Below, piece after piece: positions 32,485-43,909 of a stretch of 64,000 nucleotides of DNA (the stretch's first letter is position 1; every line of letters starts with the position of its first letter). The notes under the pieces are model-generated. The model ran no database searches. It saw only the letters and a list, made by a program, of their open reading frames with translations, and was not told the origin of the DNA. The position numbers and the translations under genes are program-made. Location: IMG/VR virus record IMGVR_UViG_3300031576_000001, positions 124,001-188,000 of that record, one strand, 5' to 3'.

Positions 32485-33543
32485 ATGTTTTTCACGAGAC
32501 AAGCCCCAATCATAGTCAGACGCTACCTGGACCGGGTAGCCCAAGGTCAAGGTCAGGGTGACTCTGGTAAGGGGGGCGTCCCCGCGCAGTGGGTAGAATG
32601 GCTCAAAGCAGAGCACCAAGGCGGCAAAGAGAAGGTCGGCAACCCTAACGCTGACACCAAGAGCCGTTTCCCCCAGGTAAGCTACTCGACGGCGTTGAAG
32701 TATAAGCCCTTTTATCAGAAAGCGCTTGAGGAGTACAAGGAGTGGGTCAAAGATCAAGCTGGCAAGGGTAAGAAGGAAACCAAGCCCAAAGAGGAAGAGC
32801 CTAAGCCCGCCAAGAAAGCTGGCACGTCTATCTTGAAGACCGGGAAGCGTACCGTGGGCAAGGTGACTTACGAGTCCAAGCTAGACGAGCGCACCAAGAA
32901 GACGGTGGAGTCCCTGTGGGGCAAAGAGCCTCCTAGCATGGAGGACTTTCACGCAATGTTTGATATTGGGGGCGACCGCAAGACAAGTGTTCTCCTCAAA
33001 AATGGGTACAAGCCAGGCTCGATTGCGGTAGAGCTTACCTTTGAGGACAACAGCGGGAAAACCGTAGGTGCAGTCACCCGACTCTTTCACAAGTCGGGTG
33101 ACAAGCTACAGGTAACGCACGACCTTTTCAAGCTGGACGAGAGCCTACAAGGGAAAGGCGTGGGGCGTAAGGTTATCGAAAAGAGCCTCGATGACTACAA
33201 GAAAATGGGCGTTTCGCAAGTCAAGCAAGAGAGTGCGTGGGTGGGGCGGTACACTTGGGCGAAGATGGGCTATCAAGCTGACAACATGGACGAGGTTAAA
33301 GAGGGAGCCCGCACCCCCCTCTTGTCGCTTGGTTATTCGGAGAAGCAAGTAGACGACATTTTGCGGGACGAAGTACCAAACCTGAGTGCGCTAGCTGACC
33401 TGACTACCCCCTCTGGGCGCAAGATCGGCAAGGAGGTTCTCCTCCATGACGACATGCCCAACGTCATGGTACACCTCAACCTGGACGAGAGTGACCCAGG
33501 GTACAAGCGTATGAAAGCCTACCTGGCAAAGGACAAGAGCTAA
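32485..33543 (+). CDS. protein with C-terminal GNAT-like acetyltransferase domain
   Basis: 'LDESLQGKGVGRKVI' acetyl-CoA motif A, followed by 'VGRYTWAKMGY'. Confidence 0.6.
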   Translation: MFFTRQAPIIVRRYLDRVAQGQGQGDSGKGGVPAQWVEWLKAEHQGGKEKVGNPNADTKSRFPQVSYSTALKYKPFYQKALEEYKEWVKDQAGKGKKETKPKEEEPKPAKKAGTSILKTGKRTVGKVTYESKLDERTKKTVESLWGKEPPSMEDFHAMFDIGGDRKTSVLLKNGYKPGSIAVELTFEDNSGKTVGAVTRLFHKSGDKLQVTHDLFKLDESLQGKGVGRKVIEKSLDDYKKMGVSQVKQESAWVGRYTWAKMGYQADNMDEVKEGARTPLLSLGYSEKQVDDILRDEVPNLSALADLTTPSGRKIGKEVLLHDDMPNVMVHLNLDESDPGYKRMKAYLAKDKS

Positions 33544-33545
33544 TT

Positions 33546-33770
33546 ATGGACACGGTAGCAGCCAAGAAGAAAGACAAGACGCCAAAGGCACCCGCCCAGG
33601 ACGATCTAGCGAAAGACCTTGAGGATCTAGCGGACAAGGGCAAAGAGAAAGTCACCGTGCCTGCGCCCGCCTCCAAGGGTGACAAAAAGAAGCCCAAGCA
33701 GAAGAAAACAGCGGCAGAAGCCATTGTGGACCGGTATCTTGGGGTATCCGACGACACTGAAGCTGTGTAA
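33546..33770 (+). CDS. small Lys/Asp-rich protein
   Basis: ATG 2 nt after upstream TAA. Confidence 0.6.
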   Translation: MDTVAAKKKDKTPKAPAQDDLAKDLEDLADKGKEKVTVPAPASKGDKKKPKQKKTAAEAIVDRYLGVSDDTEAV

Positions 33771-33797
33771 ACCCATAGCCTCTTCGTAAAGACCTAG

Positions 33798-34919
33798 ATG
33801 AGTTTTGACCGGCAGATAGACCAAGCGTGTCCGCACCAAGTCCACGAAGAGGTACTCTTTACCGAGGATGACCTTCGTACCGTGAGACCCTTGCGTCCCA
33901 TTGCCTCTGCGGGCTCTGTGAGGGTGTGGCTCAACGGTCAAACCTCCCCGGTGCCCTCGTTTGGTACACTTCTGCCTGCTGTGCTGCCAGGCACCCGCAG
34001 TGGACCTTTCACGTACCCCACCGGCAGCCTCTTGCTCCGGGTCAACGGGGCAGCCCCACAGACAATCCTCTTCCCTGGCGCCACGGGCGAGAGTCCTGAA
34101 AGGGTAGCCAGGCTGTGCAACGTCCAGGTCAAGGGTTGCCGTATGACCGTGAGCAACCAAAGGCTCATGTTGACCACGGATGAGGCTGGCAGACCGTCAA
34201 CCCTCTGGCTAGAGCCTACCCCCCTCGCGACCACGCTAGGCTTCAAGGCACAGAGGGAGGTACGGGGTCAAAGTCTACACCCAGGGTGGGTCTTGGTAAG
34301 GGACCAGAACACGCTAGACGACCGACCAACCCGGCTCATTCTCTTTGATAAGCCTCTCACGGCGTACATGAACCACGTAGAGGTCTCCTACAGCACGATC
34401 CAGCAAGAGTGCCGGCGCTGCGGGGGCACGGGGTACGAGTACGACTGGCGCTTGACGCGCAAGGGTAACTACGTAGAGGTACGTGACGAGGCACTACTCA
34501 TTCAGGAGTTCCTCAAGGACTTGCTGACCATACGTGGCTCTAACCCTTTTCACGGGTGGTATGGCTCTGAGCTAATCGAGCGCATAGGGTCCAAGATTGT
34601 GGACGGCGCCCTTCTACAGAACCTCATTGCCTCGGACGTTAGCCAGACGTTCAATCTCTGGCAGACGGTCAAGAAGGGGCAAGAGACGGTGCAACGACTC
34701 TCGGATGAGGAGTACCCTTACCGGCTCCTTTCGGTGCGTGCCAGGCAAAGCCAGGAAGACCCTACGGTGGTCTTTGTAGAGTTTACGGTGCAAAACCGGT
34801 CCCTGAAGAACATCATCCTAGAGAGGGGCTTCCGTGTTCCTGACGCTAGCGGGCTCCTTCTCTCGGCGGGGCAGGGTACGTTGCGGCAGTCCCTTCTATC
34901 GCCCACGCTGGTAGCGTGA
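33798..34919 (+). CDS. putative baseplate wedge protein with gp25-like C-terminal domain
   Basis: 'LLTIRGSNPFHGWYGSEL' gp25-type motif; CRRCGGTG; directly before baseplate J. Confidence 0.7.
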   Translation: MSFDRQIDQACPHQVHEEVLFTEDDLRTVRPLRPIASAGSVRVWLNGQTSPVPSFGTLLPAVLPGTRSGPFTYPTGSLLLRVNGAAPQTILFPGATGESPERVARLCNVQVKGCRMTVSNQRLMLTTDEAGRPSTLWLEPTPLATTLGFKAQREVRGQSLHPGWVLVRDQNTLDDRPTRLILFDKPLTAYMNHVEVSYSTIQQECRRCGGTGYEYDWRLTRKGNYVEVRDEALLIQEFLKDLLTIRGSNPFHGWYGSELIERIGSKIVDGALLQNLIASDVSQTFNLWQTVKKGQETVQRLSDEEYPYRLLSVRARQSQEDPTVVFVEFTVQNRSLKNIILERGFRVPDASGLLLSAGQGTLRQSLLSPTLVA

Positions 34920-34948
34920 AAGACGTAAAAGGGTCAGGCTAGGTTGCA

Positions 34949-37900
34949 ATGGCTACAGCTCCCCAAGTTTACAGCCGCGACGGTGTAACCCTCGTTACCA
35001 ACCTGACGTACACCACCAACGAGACCGCTGTGACCATCACGGGCGTAGTCACGGTGCAAACGGTGGACATTCAGGTTTCGGTCAACGGGGGTAACTTTGT
35101 ATCCGACCCCGCCCTCATCCTCTTTGACCTGACCGCTTTCACGTTTCCCAACCCGGCTAGCTACCCCACGGGGTTCGTTCTTCAGCCTGGGACCAACACG
35201 TTTCAGTTCCGAACCATTGACATTCTTGGTGCCGTGTCCCCTCCGGCGACCGTGACGGTCCTTAGCATTGCCGCCTCTTTCATCAACAACGTCACCGTCC
35301 CTAGCGGTATCCGCCTGCGTAGACGCCGCGACGCAATAGACCTCCTCATCGCCAAGCCGGGGTTGGAGTTCTCAGCCAACGGGACACCGCTACCCAGCAC
35401 CTTCCGGGGGTATAACGTGTACGCCTCTTCGTCGCCAGGGGGCGAGGGTACGGGGTACTACAAGGTCAACGAGAACCTGTTGACCCTCACGGACGGGGCG
35501 TACTTTGAGGAAGACGCCTCCACGGTGTTCTCCGACACGACAACCTGGGCAAACACCAACCAACAGCTTCTCCGGGTCAAGGTCTCCGAAGAGGATGAGT
35601 TTGGTAACGAGCTAGCGATCAGGCTGGACAGAACCTACGCAATAGGCATTTACAGCGACAAGCTACGCTACACGTCGGGCGTAGAGACCGTCACTTTGAT
35701 TGACTTCGTTAGGTTTAGGCACACGCGCACGGGGGGCGTGGGTCTCATCAATGAAGACCAGTTCTCCAACGTAGATGACACAGAGCCGCTGTACTACGTG
35801 GTCACGGGCGTTTACTTTGACCCTCTGACCAACACGGTCTTTGAGTCACCGTACAGCCAAGAGGTACTGGGGGCTCCCCTTGTTCTGGACACTGCCATTC
35901 TGGACTTGCCGCAGGTGACCAGGCTGCAAATCCAGACGAGCTTTATCCAGTCGGTCAACCGGGTTTTGCAAGAGCTGTCCCTGATACCGGGCTCGACCAT
36001 GAGGGACGTAACGATTGACCCCTTCTCCTCTGAGTTTGAGCGGGTGTGGTTTCTCCTCGACTTTGTTCACCGTAGCCAGAGCTTCCTCACGCTCTTGCAG
36101 ATTGACGACCCTAACGGGGACGGTACCAGCGACCCCGTAGCCCAGACAGCGTACAAGGTAGCCCTCAAGGCGGCTCTGGGTTTTACGTCGGACAGCGCCA
36201 CGCAAGCGCTCATTGACACGGCGTTTGAGAAACTAGGGTCCAACCAGGACGTAACACGGCTCCCCGGCAGACCCGCGGTAGGTCAGGCTGTTTTTTACAG
36301 TGAGGCGCGGCCCACCGTGGACCTCACTGTGCCTGCGGGCACCACGGTTACCTCTCGGGCGGACGAGGATCTAGGGCTCTCCACCCAGAGGTTCCGGGTG
36401 GGGGGCTCCTTCGTACTCACCGCGGCGAACGCAGACGCCTTCTACAATTTTGACACCAAGAGGTACGAGATTGTAGCGGACATTGTAGCCGAGTCCAGTG
36501 GAGGGGCGGGTAACGTGCCAGCGGGTCAGATTGACTCGGCTAGCGGTGTCAATGGGCTCTCCGTGATCAACACGGAGGCTACCGTGTTCGGGCTAGACCG
36601 GGAGACCAACGCTCAGCTAGCGGAGCGAGCCATCCTCAAGACCTCTTCGGTGGACACGGGCACAGAGGGGGGCTACCTCCTGGCGGTCATCGGTCAGCCC
36701 GGGGTGCTCAAAACCAAGATCGTCAAGTCGGGTGACCCCCTCATGATGAGGGATTACGACGATCTACGCAAGAAGCACATTGGCGGGAAGGTGGACATCT
36801 GGATACAAGGGCTAAGGGAGCGTCAGGTCACGGAGCAGTTTGCGTTCACCTTTGAGATAGCCCGCGACGTGCTTTGCACCATCGTGGACCTCCCTACGTT
36901 GACGCTCCGTGTCAACGACTCACGGGTAACGCCTACCACGCCGATCCTCGAAATCCTGAACAACCCGGTCAATGGGTTGGGGGTACGAAACGTCACACTG
37001 GGTCAGGATTACGACGTGACAGGGGTAATCATCATTGACTACCAGACCTTCAAGCTCAACACGGCGATACCTCAGCCCGTGACCTTCAAGGATGACCTGA
37101 TTATTGCGGACTACAGGTTCCGTAGTTCGCCCGACTTTGCATTCACCTTTCAGCCGATCAGAAGGGTTACCTCTGTGGTGGGTGAAGTCTCGGGCTCACT
37201 CAACTCCACGACAGGCTACAAGGTGTTCAAGGCAGAAGACCCCTTGTTCAACGGGGAGAGCACGCTAGCCAAAGACTTCCTCAGAATCACACAGAGCAAT
37301 GGGGTGCCCACGGGTCAGGGCATAGCGGTCAACGCAGAGGTGCATGTGCTCATCGGGTTCTTTGAGGAGCCCTTGAACTTTATCGGGATCAACACCCAGA
37401 CCATCAGGGTCTTCTCGGCTGACCGTACCGTGGAGTACAACGGACCTGAAGACCCCTTGCCGGACTTCACGATTGTGGTGGGTACCCCTACGCGCCCTGT
37501 GAAGATCGTAAGGACGCCCGCCTCTCTCATCGTCAATGGCCAGACGGTGAGCGTGGATTACGAGCACGACGAGAACATGGTGGTGACCTACGTGGTCAAT
37601 GACCTCCTCCAAACCGTGCAAGGCGTCGTCAACAAGATGCGTCACGTCACGGCGGACGTGGTAGTCAAACAAGCCGTGGACAACCCCCTCTCTTTGGAAA
37701 CCACGGTTCAACTAAAGGCTGGCGCCACCAAAGATAAGGTGGACCCCCAGATCCGTACCAGGGTCAGCCAAGAGCTAAACCAAAAACTCATCGGTCAAGG
37801 GAGCGCTCAGTCCGACATTATCGCCGTGGTAGACAACACCAGCGGGGTTGACTTTGAGATCGTACCCCTCGCCAGAATGGCGTACAGCGACGGCGCCCGG

Positions 37901-38395
37901 AGAATCCGTGAGACTCTTGCCTCAGAGTTCTTGCCCGTGCCCGCCATGAACCAGGGAGGTCAGTCGGTTTACCTTTCAGAGGTATCCTTGCAGTTCCCTA
38001 CCACGGACGGCGGGGGTAACGAGACCGAGCACAAAGGCGTCTTCCAAGACGATGTAGCCCTCACCCTCTCCGCTGACACGGTAAGCGTAGGCGCTGCGCC
38101 TGACCAAGCCTTCATTATCGGAGCGAAAGGTGCCTCCCTCCCGGGCTACAGTGATGACGTGACCCTGCAAAACGCGGGCTTTGTCACGGTAGAAGCACGG
38201 GACGCAGAACGGGCGAAGAGGTCCGGTAACCGTGTCCTTGTGGCCCTGCTCACCCCAGACACGCCAGCCTCGCACCTCTACGCCGTCTCCTACGTGGTCA
38301 GGGGCGACAAGGGCGCCAAAGACATACCCGCCGCCCAGGTCGAAGCGATCAGCCTGGGTTCCCTGGTTATTACCTACTCCACGCCCAAGATTTGA
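34949..38395 (+). CDS. baseplate J-like wedge protein
   Basis: 'G.AGNVPAGQI...G.DRETNAQLAER...GGKVDIWI' baseplate-J motifs. Confidence 0.85.
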   Translation: MATAPQVYSRDGVTLVTNLTYTTNETAVTITGVVTVQTVDIQVSVNGGNFVSDPALILFDLTAFTFPNPASYPTGFVLQPGTNTFQFRTIDILGAVSPPATVTVLSIAASFINNVTVPSGIRLRRRRDAIDLLIAKPGLEFSANGTPLPSTFRGYNVYASSSPGGEGTGYYKVNENLLTLTDGAYFEEDASTVFSDTTTWANTNQQLLRVKVSEEDEFGNELAIRLDRTYAIGIYSDKLRYTSGVETVTLIDFVRFRHTRTGGVGLINEDQFSNVDDTEPLYYVVTGVYFDPLTNTVFESPYSQEVLGAPLVLDTAILDLPQVTRLQIQTSFIQSVNRVLQELSLIPGSTMRDVTIDPFSSEFERVWFLLDFVHRSQSFLTLLQIDDPNGDGTSDPVAQTAYKVALKAALGFTSDSATQALIDTAFEKLGSNQDVTRLPGRPAVGQAVFYSEARPTVDLTVPAGTTVTSRADEDLGLSTQRFRVGGSFVLTAANADAFYNFDTKRYEIVADIVAESSGGAGNVPAGQIDSASGVNGLSVINTEATVFGLDRETNAQLAERAILKTSSVDTGTEGGYLLAVIGQPGVLKTKIVKSGDPLMMRDYDDLRKKHIGGKVDIWIQGLRERQVTEQFAFTFEIARDVLCTIVDLPTLTLRVNDSRVTPTTPILEILNNPVNGLGVRNVTLGQDYDVTGVIIIDYQTFKLNTAIPQPVTFKDDLIIADYRFRSSPDFAFTFQPIRRVTSVVGEVSGSLNSTTGYKVFKAEDPLFNGESTLAKDFLRITQSNGVPTGQGIAVNAEVHVLIGFFEEPLNFIGINTQTIRVFSADRTVEYNGPEDPLPDFTIVVGTPTRPVKIVRTPASLIVNGQTVSVDYEHDENMVVTYVVNDLLQTVQGVVNKMRHVTADVVVKQAVDNPLSLETTVQLKAGATKDKVDPQIRTRVSQELNQKLIGQGSAQSDIIAVVDNTSGVDFEIVPLARMAYSDGARRIRETLASEFLPVPAMNQGGQSVYLSEVSLQFPTTDGGGNETEHKGVFQDDVALTLSADTVSVGAAPDQAFIIGAKGASLPGYSDDVTLQNAGFVTVEARDAERAKRSGNRVLVALLTPDTPASHLYAVSYVVRGDKGAKDIPAAQVEAISLGSLVITYSTPKI

Positions 38396-38414
38396 GTAAG
38401 TGCCTCGCCCCGTG

Positions 38415-38708
38415 TAAGCAAGGCGTGGTGTCGGAACCCTCTTCGGTCGCCGTGCTGGACAACTTCTGCGGAGAGAGCAGCATACTGGCGTAAGCCTTGC
38501 ATACGAGAACGTCGAGACGGCGTAGACGATTAGCCTCTTTGCTCAGGCGGATAGCCTCCGCTTGGTCGCGTGCCTGGCAGATCAGGTCGGCAACATCCCT
38601 CATGTGGATCACGCCCAAGAGGAGGTACATGAAGTTCTCGACGACTCCGTTGAGCTTGTCTAGCTCGTAAGGGGTGGCGCCGTGGTTGGGTTTGGGGTTC
38701 TCGGTCAT
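38415..38708 (-). CDS. hypothetical protein
   Basis: ATG at 38708 coupled to upstream gene; first in-frame TTA 38415-38417 removes overlap with baseplate J (standard end 38370). Confidence 0.55.
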
Positions 38709-38974
38709 AACTCGTCCTCTACACCGCAGGCGTTCAGGTCGCTCGGAGGGAACACACGCACTTCCACCGTCTTGACCTCGGGCGTGACCCCAAGGTACTT
38801 TTTGACCCAAGCCTCCCCGTTGCCCTTGCGCACGTCCATCTTGAAGACCGGAGGCAGCCCGTGAAACCTTGGGTAGGGTAGCGGGGCGTCGCCCGGGGGG
38901 TACAGGAACACCTTGTCATGCGTGGGGTACACGTAAACCACCACGCGAGCAATCGGCAGACTGAGAGGCAACAT
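38708..38974 (-). CDS. hypothetical protein
   Basis: ATG after GTGTAAGGGGG; ends GAG-TTA-TGA (standard end 38705). Confidence 0.65.
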
Positions 38975-39052
38975 GACACCCCCTTACACCGCCTCTCGGG
39001 GGGTTGTCTAGAGCCCTGTAGTATGGGTCTCTTTACACCCACCTCGACCTAC

Positions 39053-39183
39053 AAGTGTATGGAGAAATTCTGTCGGTGCACACTGGAGTCCTCCCCTCGG
39101 GGCTCACTGATAAAAACATCGTAAAAAGTGGCAGGGTCATCTTAGACCTACCCGGAAGTTCCATATGGGTCTGTATGGAAACC
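39053..39183 (-). repeat. dispersed ~130-bp intergenic element, copy 3
   Basis: Reverse-strand copy with invariant core; 3' AAGTGTATGGA box inverted relative to the other copies; extra 5' CATATGGAA box. Confidence 0.85.
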
Positions 39184-39193
39184 AAGAGGGCTC

Positions 39194-39403
39194 TCAGGTC
39201 TTCAAGAGACGACCATCGCACCCTCGGTGGAAGGTGGGTATGTACACGCCCTCTCTAGAGGGACCGCCCGGGGGGTGCCGTCTGTACTCTTTTCCGCAGA
39301 GGTGGCAGAGCGCGCCGCCGTTTACTCGGTGGCACTCTTCTACGGTGTCGCACCAGTCAACGAACCAGGGGCATCCTCCCACAGGGAGCACCACGCATCG
39401 CAT
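39194..39403 (-). CDS. small Cys/His-rich protein
   Basis: CHLCGKEYRRHP...HRGCDG. Confidence 0.55.
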   Translation of the reverse strand: MRCVVLPVGGCPWFVDWCDTVEECHRVNGGALCHLCGKEYRRHPPGGPSREGVYIPTFHRGCDGRLLKT

Positions 39404-39438
39404 CTTTAGTTCTTTCCTGCTACCTGTAGGCAGAGTGC

Positions 39439-40602
39439 ATGACTGAGGGTTACGGACGAGACGACTACGGCAGGGGTCGCTACGGCTCTACGCCAGCGCT
39501 GGGGCTTACCAATGCCTTCTCGCTGGGTCCAACCTCGGCGGTATTGCAGTTCACGGCGCCCCTGGACCTTACCCACGGGTCCACGCTGGACCCGCTGTCC
39601 TACAGTATACCGGGGCTCACGGTTCTCTCGGTCCAAGTCCTCTTCCCTGACGTACTCCGGCTGGTCACGACGGTTCAAGGGTGGGTTCTGTACGAGGTCA
39701 CGGTACACCCCTCAGTCAGGAGTACCTCTCGGCTACCCATAGAGATTGACCAGCGCGTAGACACCTTCTCTGGGTACGCCACGACCCCCTCCTTCTTTGC
39801 TACGGCGCAAAGCAGCACAAGGGTCCAGGTCATTGCCGGGGCGGACCTCCTTAGTGACCTGGCGCTGGCCGCAGCCTCGTCCTACCAAGTCTTTGACCTC
39901 CTGGGCAACCCGGTACCCGTCATCCTGGCGACGCCTCGTACCTACCTTGGGGTGACAAGGCGGGTAGACCTTGACCTGGGCGTAGCCCTCCTACCCAACC
40001 AGTTCTACCGGGTGGTCGTGGCCAACGTGGTTTTCACGGTGGACGGTCGAAACCTCGTGCCTAACGAGGCAACCTTCCTGTGGAAGCCCAAGCCGTTGAC
40101 GGTAGCGGCAGCCATCCCCGACTTCAGCGGAGAGGTCTCCGGGGGGCTCTTTGGTACGCCGGCAGGCTTGGTCTTCTTCTCGCCCTCCCTAGAGGACGTA
40201 GCCCCTCTCAGCGCTATACAGATCGACGAGCTATCGGTTTGTAGTCGTGCCTACGAGGTCTATGAGTACCCAAAGCCAGTTGACCCCTTGCCCCTGTCCA
40301 CCTTCGGGGGCTACAACCCAGGGCAGACCAACAACACGGCGTATGTCCTGTGGGCTCCCTTCCCCAGACTAAACGAAGCCAAGATGGCGCTGTCTGCCAT
40401 CTACCCCGAGGTCTACGCCGGGGCTAACAGTGGTCGCTGCGTTGCCGTGCTAGACGAGCCTCATGACCCCCTCTTGGTATCCCTGCTCAATAACCCCTAC
40501 TGGCAGACCTTCGGTACGGGCGTCCTGCACCCCTTCAAGACAGCTAGTAACCTGGCACCTATACCAGCCGGCACCACAACCACAATCACCATCGTCCCCT
40601 TA
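39439..40602 (+). CDS. Ig-like-domain virion protein
   Basis: YG-repeat N-terminus; two Ig-like repeats; first in-frame TTA 40600-40602 (standard end 40635 overlaps next ATG). Confidence 0.65.
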
Positions 40603-40625
40603 TCCCCTACCGTGAACTACGCACA

Positions 40626-41267
40626 ATGTACATGAAAGAAATCGCAAACCGCGCACTCGCCAAGGTGGCCATGCAACTAGGCTACCGCCCCCTGGAGGAT
40701 ACTGTCTCTGGCTTCCGCGGAGAGGTCTTCATGGAGCTACGCGACGGTGCGTCTGGTAAGCTGATAGACAAGAGGCACCAAAAAAACCTGATTGTTAAGG
40801 ACTTTTCAGTACTTCTTGCCCGCTTGGCAAAGAACAATCAGGAGCCCCCAAAGGGTCTTTTCTGTCTTGCTGTGGGCACTGGTGACATAGGGTGGAACCC
40901 CATGGCGCCCCCAGCGCCAACGAACACCCAGAGGTCACTCTACGCTGAAATCTCGCGTAAGGTGTTCGCTAGCACCACGTTTATTGACGGCGCTGGTATC
41001 CCTGTAGGCATACCGACTAACGTGGTGGACTTCACGACCACGTTTACAGAGAGCGAGGCTGTTGGACCTCTGGTGGAAATGGGTTTGCTGGGGGGTAACA
41101 TCTCAACAAACCTGGCTATAAAGAACCCTACGCTGCCACCAAACGGACCGTACAATCCCCTAACGGACCTCACACTAACCGAGTCGCTTGGGAATTACTT
41201 GACGTTCGCTGTTTTGAATAAGCCGCCTACGGCGACCCTCACGATTACCTGGAGAATTCAGTTCTGA
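40626..41267 (+). CDS. putative tail fibre attachment/collar-type protein
   Basis: 'KNLIV...LAVGTG...FTESEAVGPLVEMGL...NK...LTITWRIQF' typical pattern. Confidence 0.7.
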   Translation: MYMKEIANRALAKVAMQLGYRPLEDTVSGFRGEVFMELRDGASGKLIDKRHQKNLIVKDFSVLLARLAKNNQEPPKGLFCLAVGTGDIGWNPMAPPAPTNTQRSLYAEISRKVFASTTFIDGAGIPVGIPTNVVDFTTTFTESEAVGPLVEMGLLGGNISTNLAIKNPTLPPNGPYNPLTDLTLTESLGNYLTFAVLNKPPTATLTITWRIQF

Positions 41268-41302
41268 TATGTACTCTTTCTTTCACCTAGAGGGCTTCTG
41301 AC

Positions 41303-43909
41303 ATGACATTCAAAGAATACGGTCCTGGGGTGTCTGGTTACCTCGACCCCGAGGAAAGAGCATTCCTGACAGGTGTATTTCAGTCCGCCAAGCCAGTGCT
41401 TGACACAGAGCTGAACCTGGCTTCAGACCTTGAGGACCAGATTAGCCAGGGAGTCCCTCTCAGTGGTACACCCTCTGGGTGGCTCACGCGAGACGCTATC
41501 GACCAGCCTGATAACTTCCCCATCTTTCAGGCTGTAGGCGCGTCAAATACCCTGCAAGTCTCAGGTCCGCTACTAGCTAACGTGAATGGTTGGCTTGTCC
41601 GTGTCACCAACACGGGTATCGCCCCTGGTAACCAGCTAGACCTTGGGGCGGGACCGGCGGGTGCGGCTTCCAAGAGGGTGGACTTTGTACTTCTAGAGGT
41701 TTGGCTAAGGCTTCTCTCGGCGGCTCCGTCTACGGTAGGCAAGAGCCCAGCGGCTCGAATCTGGCGTAACGGTAACGTCAAAGTGTCTCCGGCTGACGAT
41801 CTGGTAGTCAACTTCCCTGATGACATACTCGACGTGAATGTGGGCTCCGAGACGACCAAGAGGGTACAGGTACAATACCGTCTCAGGGTGGTTCAGGGGG
41901 TGGACCTCTTTAGTTACCCGGACGGGATGAGTGACCCCCTCATTGTAGCCCGCACGGTGCCCCCCAACGCGGCGACCCCAGACGGGGCAGTGCCCCCGGC
42001 GCTCTACCCTTACCAGAACCAGGACGCTAACGGGGACACTGGGCTCTGGCGGGCTGGCCTTGGGGACGCAACGTCGGCTTCCGACCTGGGGACCGTGGAT
42101 GGGTTTATGTACGCCATCCCCTTTGCGGCTGTTTTCCGTAGAAACACAACCGCTTTTGCCAAGAACAGTAACCATAATGGGGGTATACTCTCCCCCGGAC
42201 CTAGCGACCGCCCCGATGGTCTCTTTCACAACGTCATTGTCCTAGACGACGTGGCGGACCTACGGCGCCTTGTAGCCTCGGAGTCGTGGTCCCTTCCCGA
42301 AGTTCTACAGCGCAACCTTCGGCTCATGCTGGACAACCAACTGAGAACCGAGTGGGAAGAGACCCCCAACGGGGGCGGGGTGTGGGGTCACAGTAATCTC
42401 TGGGCAGACGAGATTGGGCCCGTAGACACGCCTGGCGCTACACTCATCGGTGATTTTGACGCAGTGCTCCGTAGGTTCAGTGACCGGGCTGTCCTAGAGA
42501 TAGCCACGCTGAGGATCACTGGACCCTTCGTGGACGGGCAAGTCATCACCCTCAACCCCACCGTGCTCCCTGTCTACCCTTACGCGGCTTTCAACTGGGC
42601 GTCCTTTGCACCCTCTGAGGTACGCTGGCTCGACGTGGTAAGCGCCCGCTTTGACGGAGAGGGTGTTGCCGGGGCTACCCACGTTGACGCCCCTATCGTG
42701 ACCATGACCGGCTTTGGTACGGACCCGGTAGGTCCAGTGACACTCACGCTGGGCACGGTCTCGACCATACCCATCACGACGGAGGCGCTCTACGTTGACC
42801 TCCTGATAGCATATCCCAACTTTAGGGGTGCTCAAGGCAGTGGCTTGACCCGTACCCCAGTAGCTAACTACCCCTTGGACGTTACCGGGGCGAGCGGGGC
42901 GGTACAGATCAACAACCCGGTGCAACTACCGGCTGCCGCACCCATCCTCTTTAGCCAGCTAAACGTGGGGTCAGACTTCTCACACCGAGAGGTACGGCTA
43001 CAATACGAAACCCTCTCTCAGGTCGTGCTGGTCAATGCCCCGGCTGCCGTGGGTGTCTCGACGATTGACCTCCCCGAGAGGGCACTAGCTATAACGCTCA
43101 TTGAGCGTAGTCCTTTCCCTGGTCCGTTTGCACCCATCGTGGGGGGGTTTACAATAGACGCCTCGGGGCGCGTAGTCACGCTGACCAACCCGGCAGACTT
43201 TACAACCACCGTGTTGGATCGATGGCGCGTGACCCTGCAAGCGGTGCGCCCTCTACCGCAAAACGGCGAGCAACTGACGCTGTACTACCCCGCGAGGGCA
43301 CCCCAGGCGGTACGAAGTGCCTTGCTGGGCGTCGCCAAGGTTTTTCACCCCAAGCTCGTTGGGGACACCTTGCTAGCCATCACTACGGGTAGCGGTAGCC
43401 AGGGAGAGGGTTACCCATTCCCTTACGCTTACGTGCAAACAGGGGGTGTTTACCCCACGTCAATTGGTACGTTTGGCGGTGAGCATGAGCTAGACGGTCC
43501 CGCGACTCTCTCTGTGTCGGACTTCAACGCCACCACAGGCTGGCTCAAACTTCACCCCTACGTGGGGTACGAGCCCACTGGACCTGTCACCTTTACCAGG
43601 GCGCCCACCGACGCTGACATAGAGGGACGTAGCTTCTTTACGGGCGTACCACCTGGGGACTACATACCCAACACGTTTGCACAATTGCTGAGCGACCCCT
43701 CGCGTCACAAAAACGTACTACCCCTCCTCTTGGAGCTACCGTTTGCCAGTCCGCCTCTGGGCTCGCAGGGTGCCTTGTACTTCGGAATCCTCATGAGGTG
43801 GGCCATGGACGCTCAAAACTCGGTCGTTATGAACCCCGACTTGACACTCAACACCACCACACTGTCCATCTTCCGTACCAAGGGTCTCTTGACCGGAAGG
43901 AAGGCGTTA
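41303..43909 (+). CDS. tail fibre/baseplate-attached protein, paralog of 53823
   Basis: N-terminal 'VFQSAKPVLDTELN' baseplate-docking-type motif; first in-frame TTA 43907-43909 overlaps next ATG as TT-ATG (standard end 43993). Confidence 0.7.
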
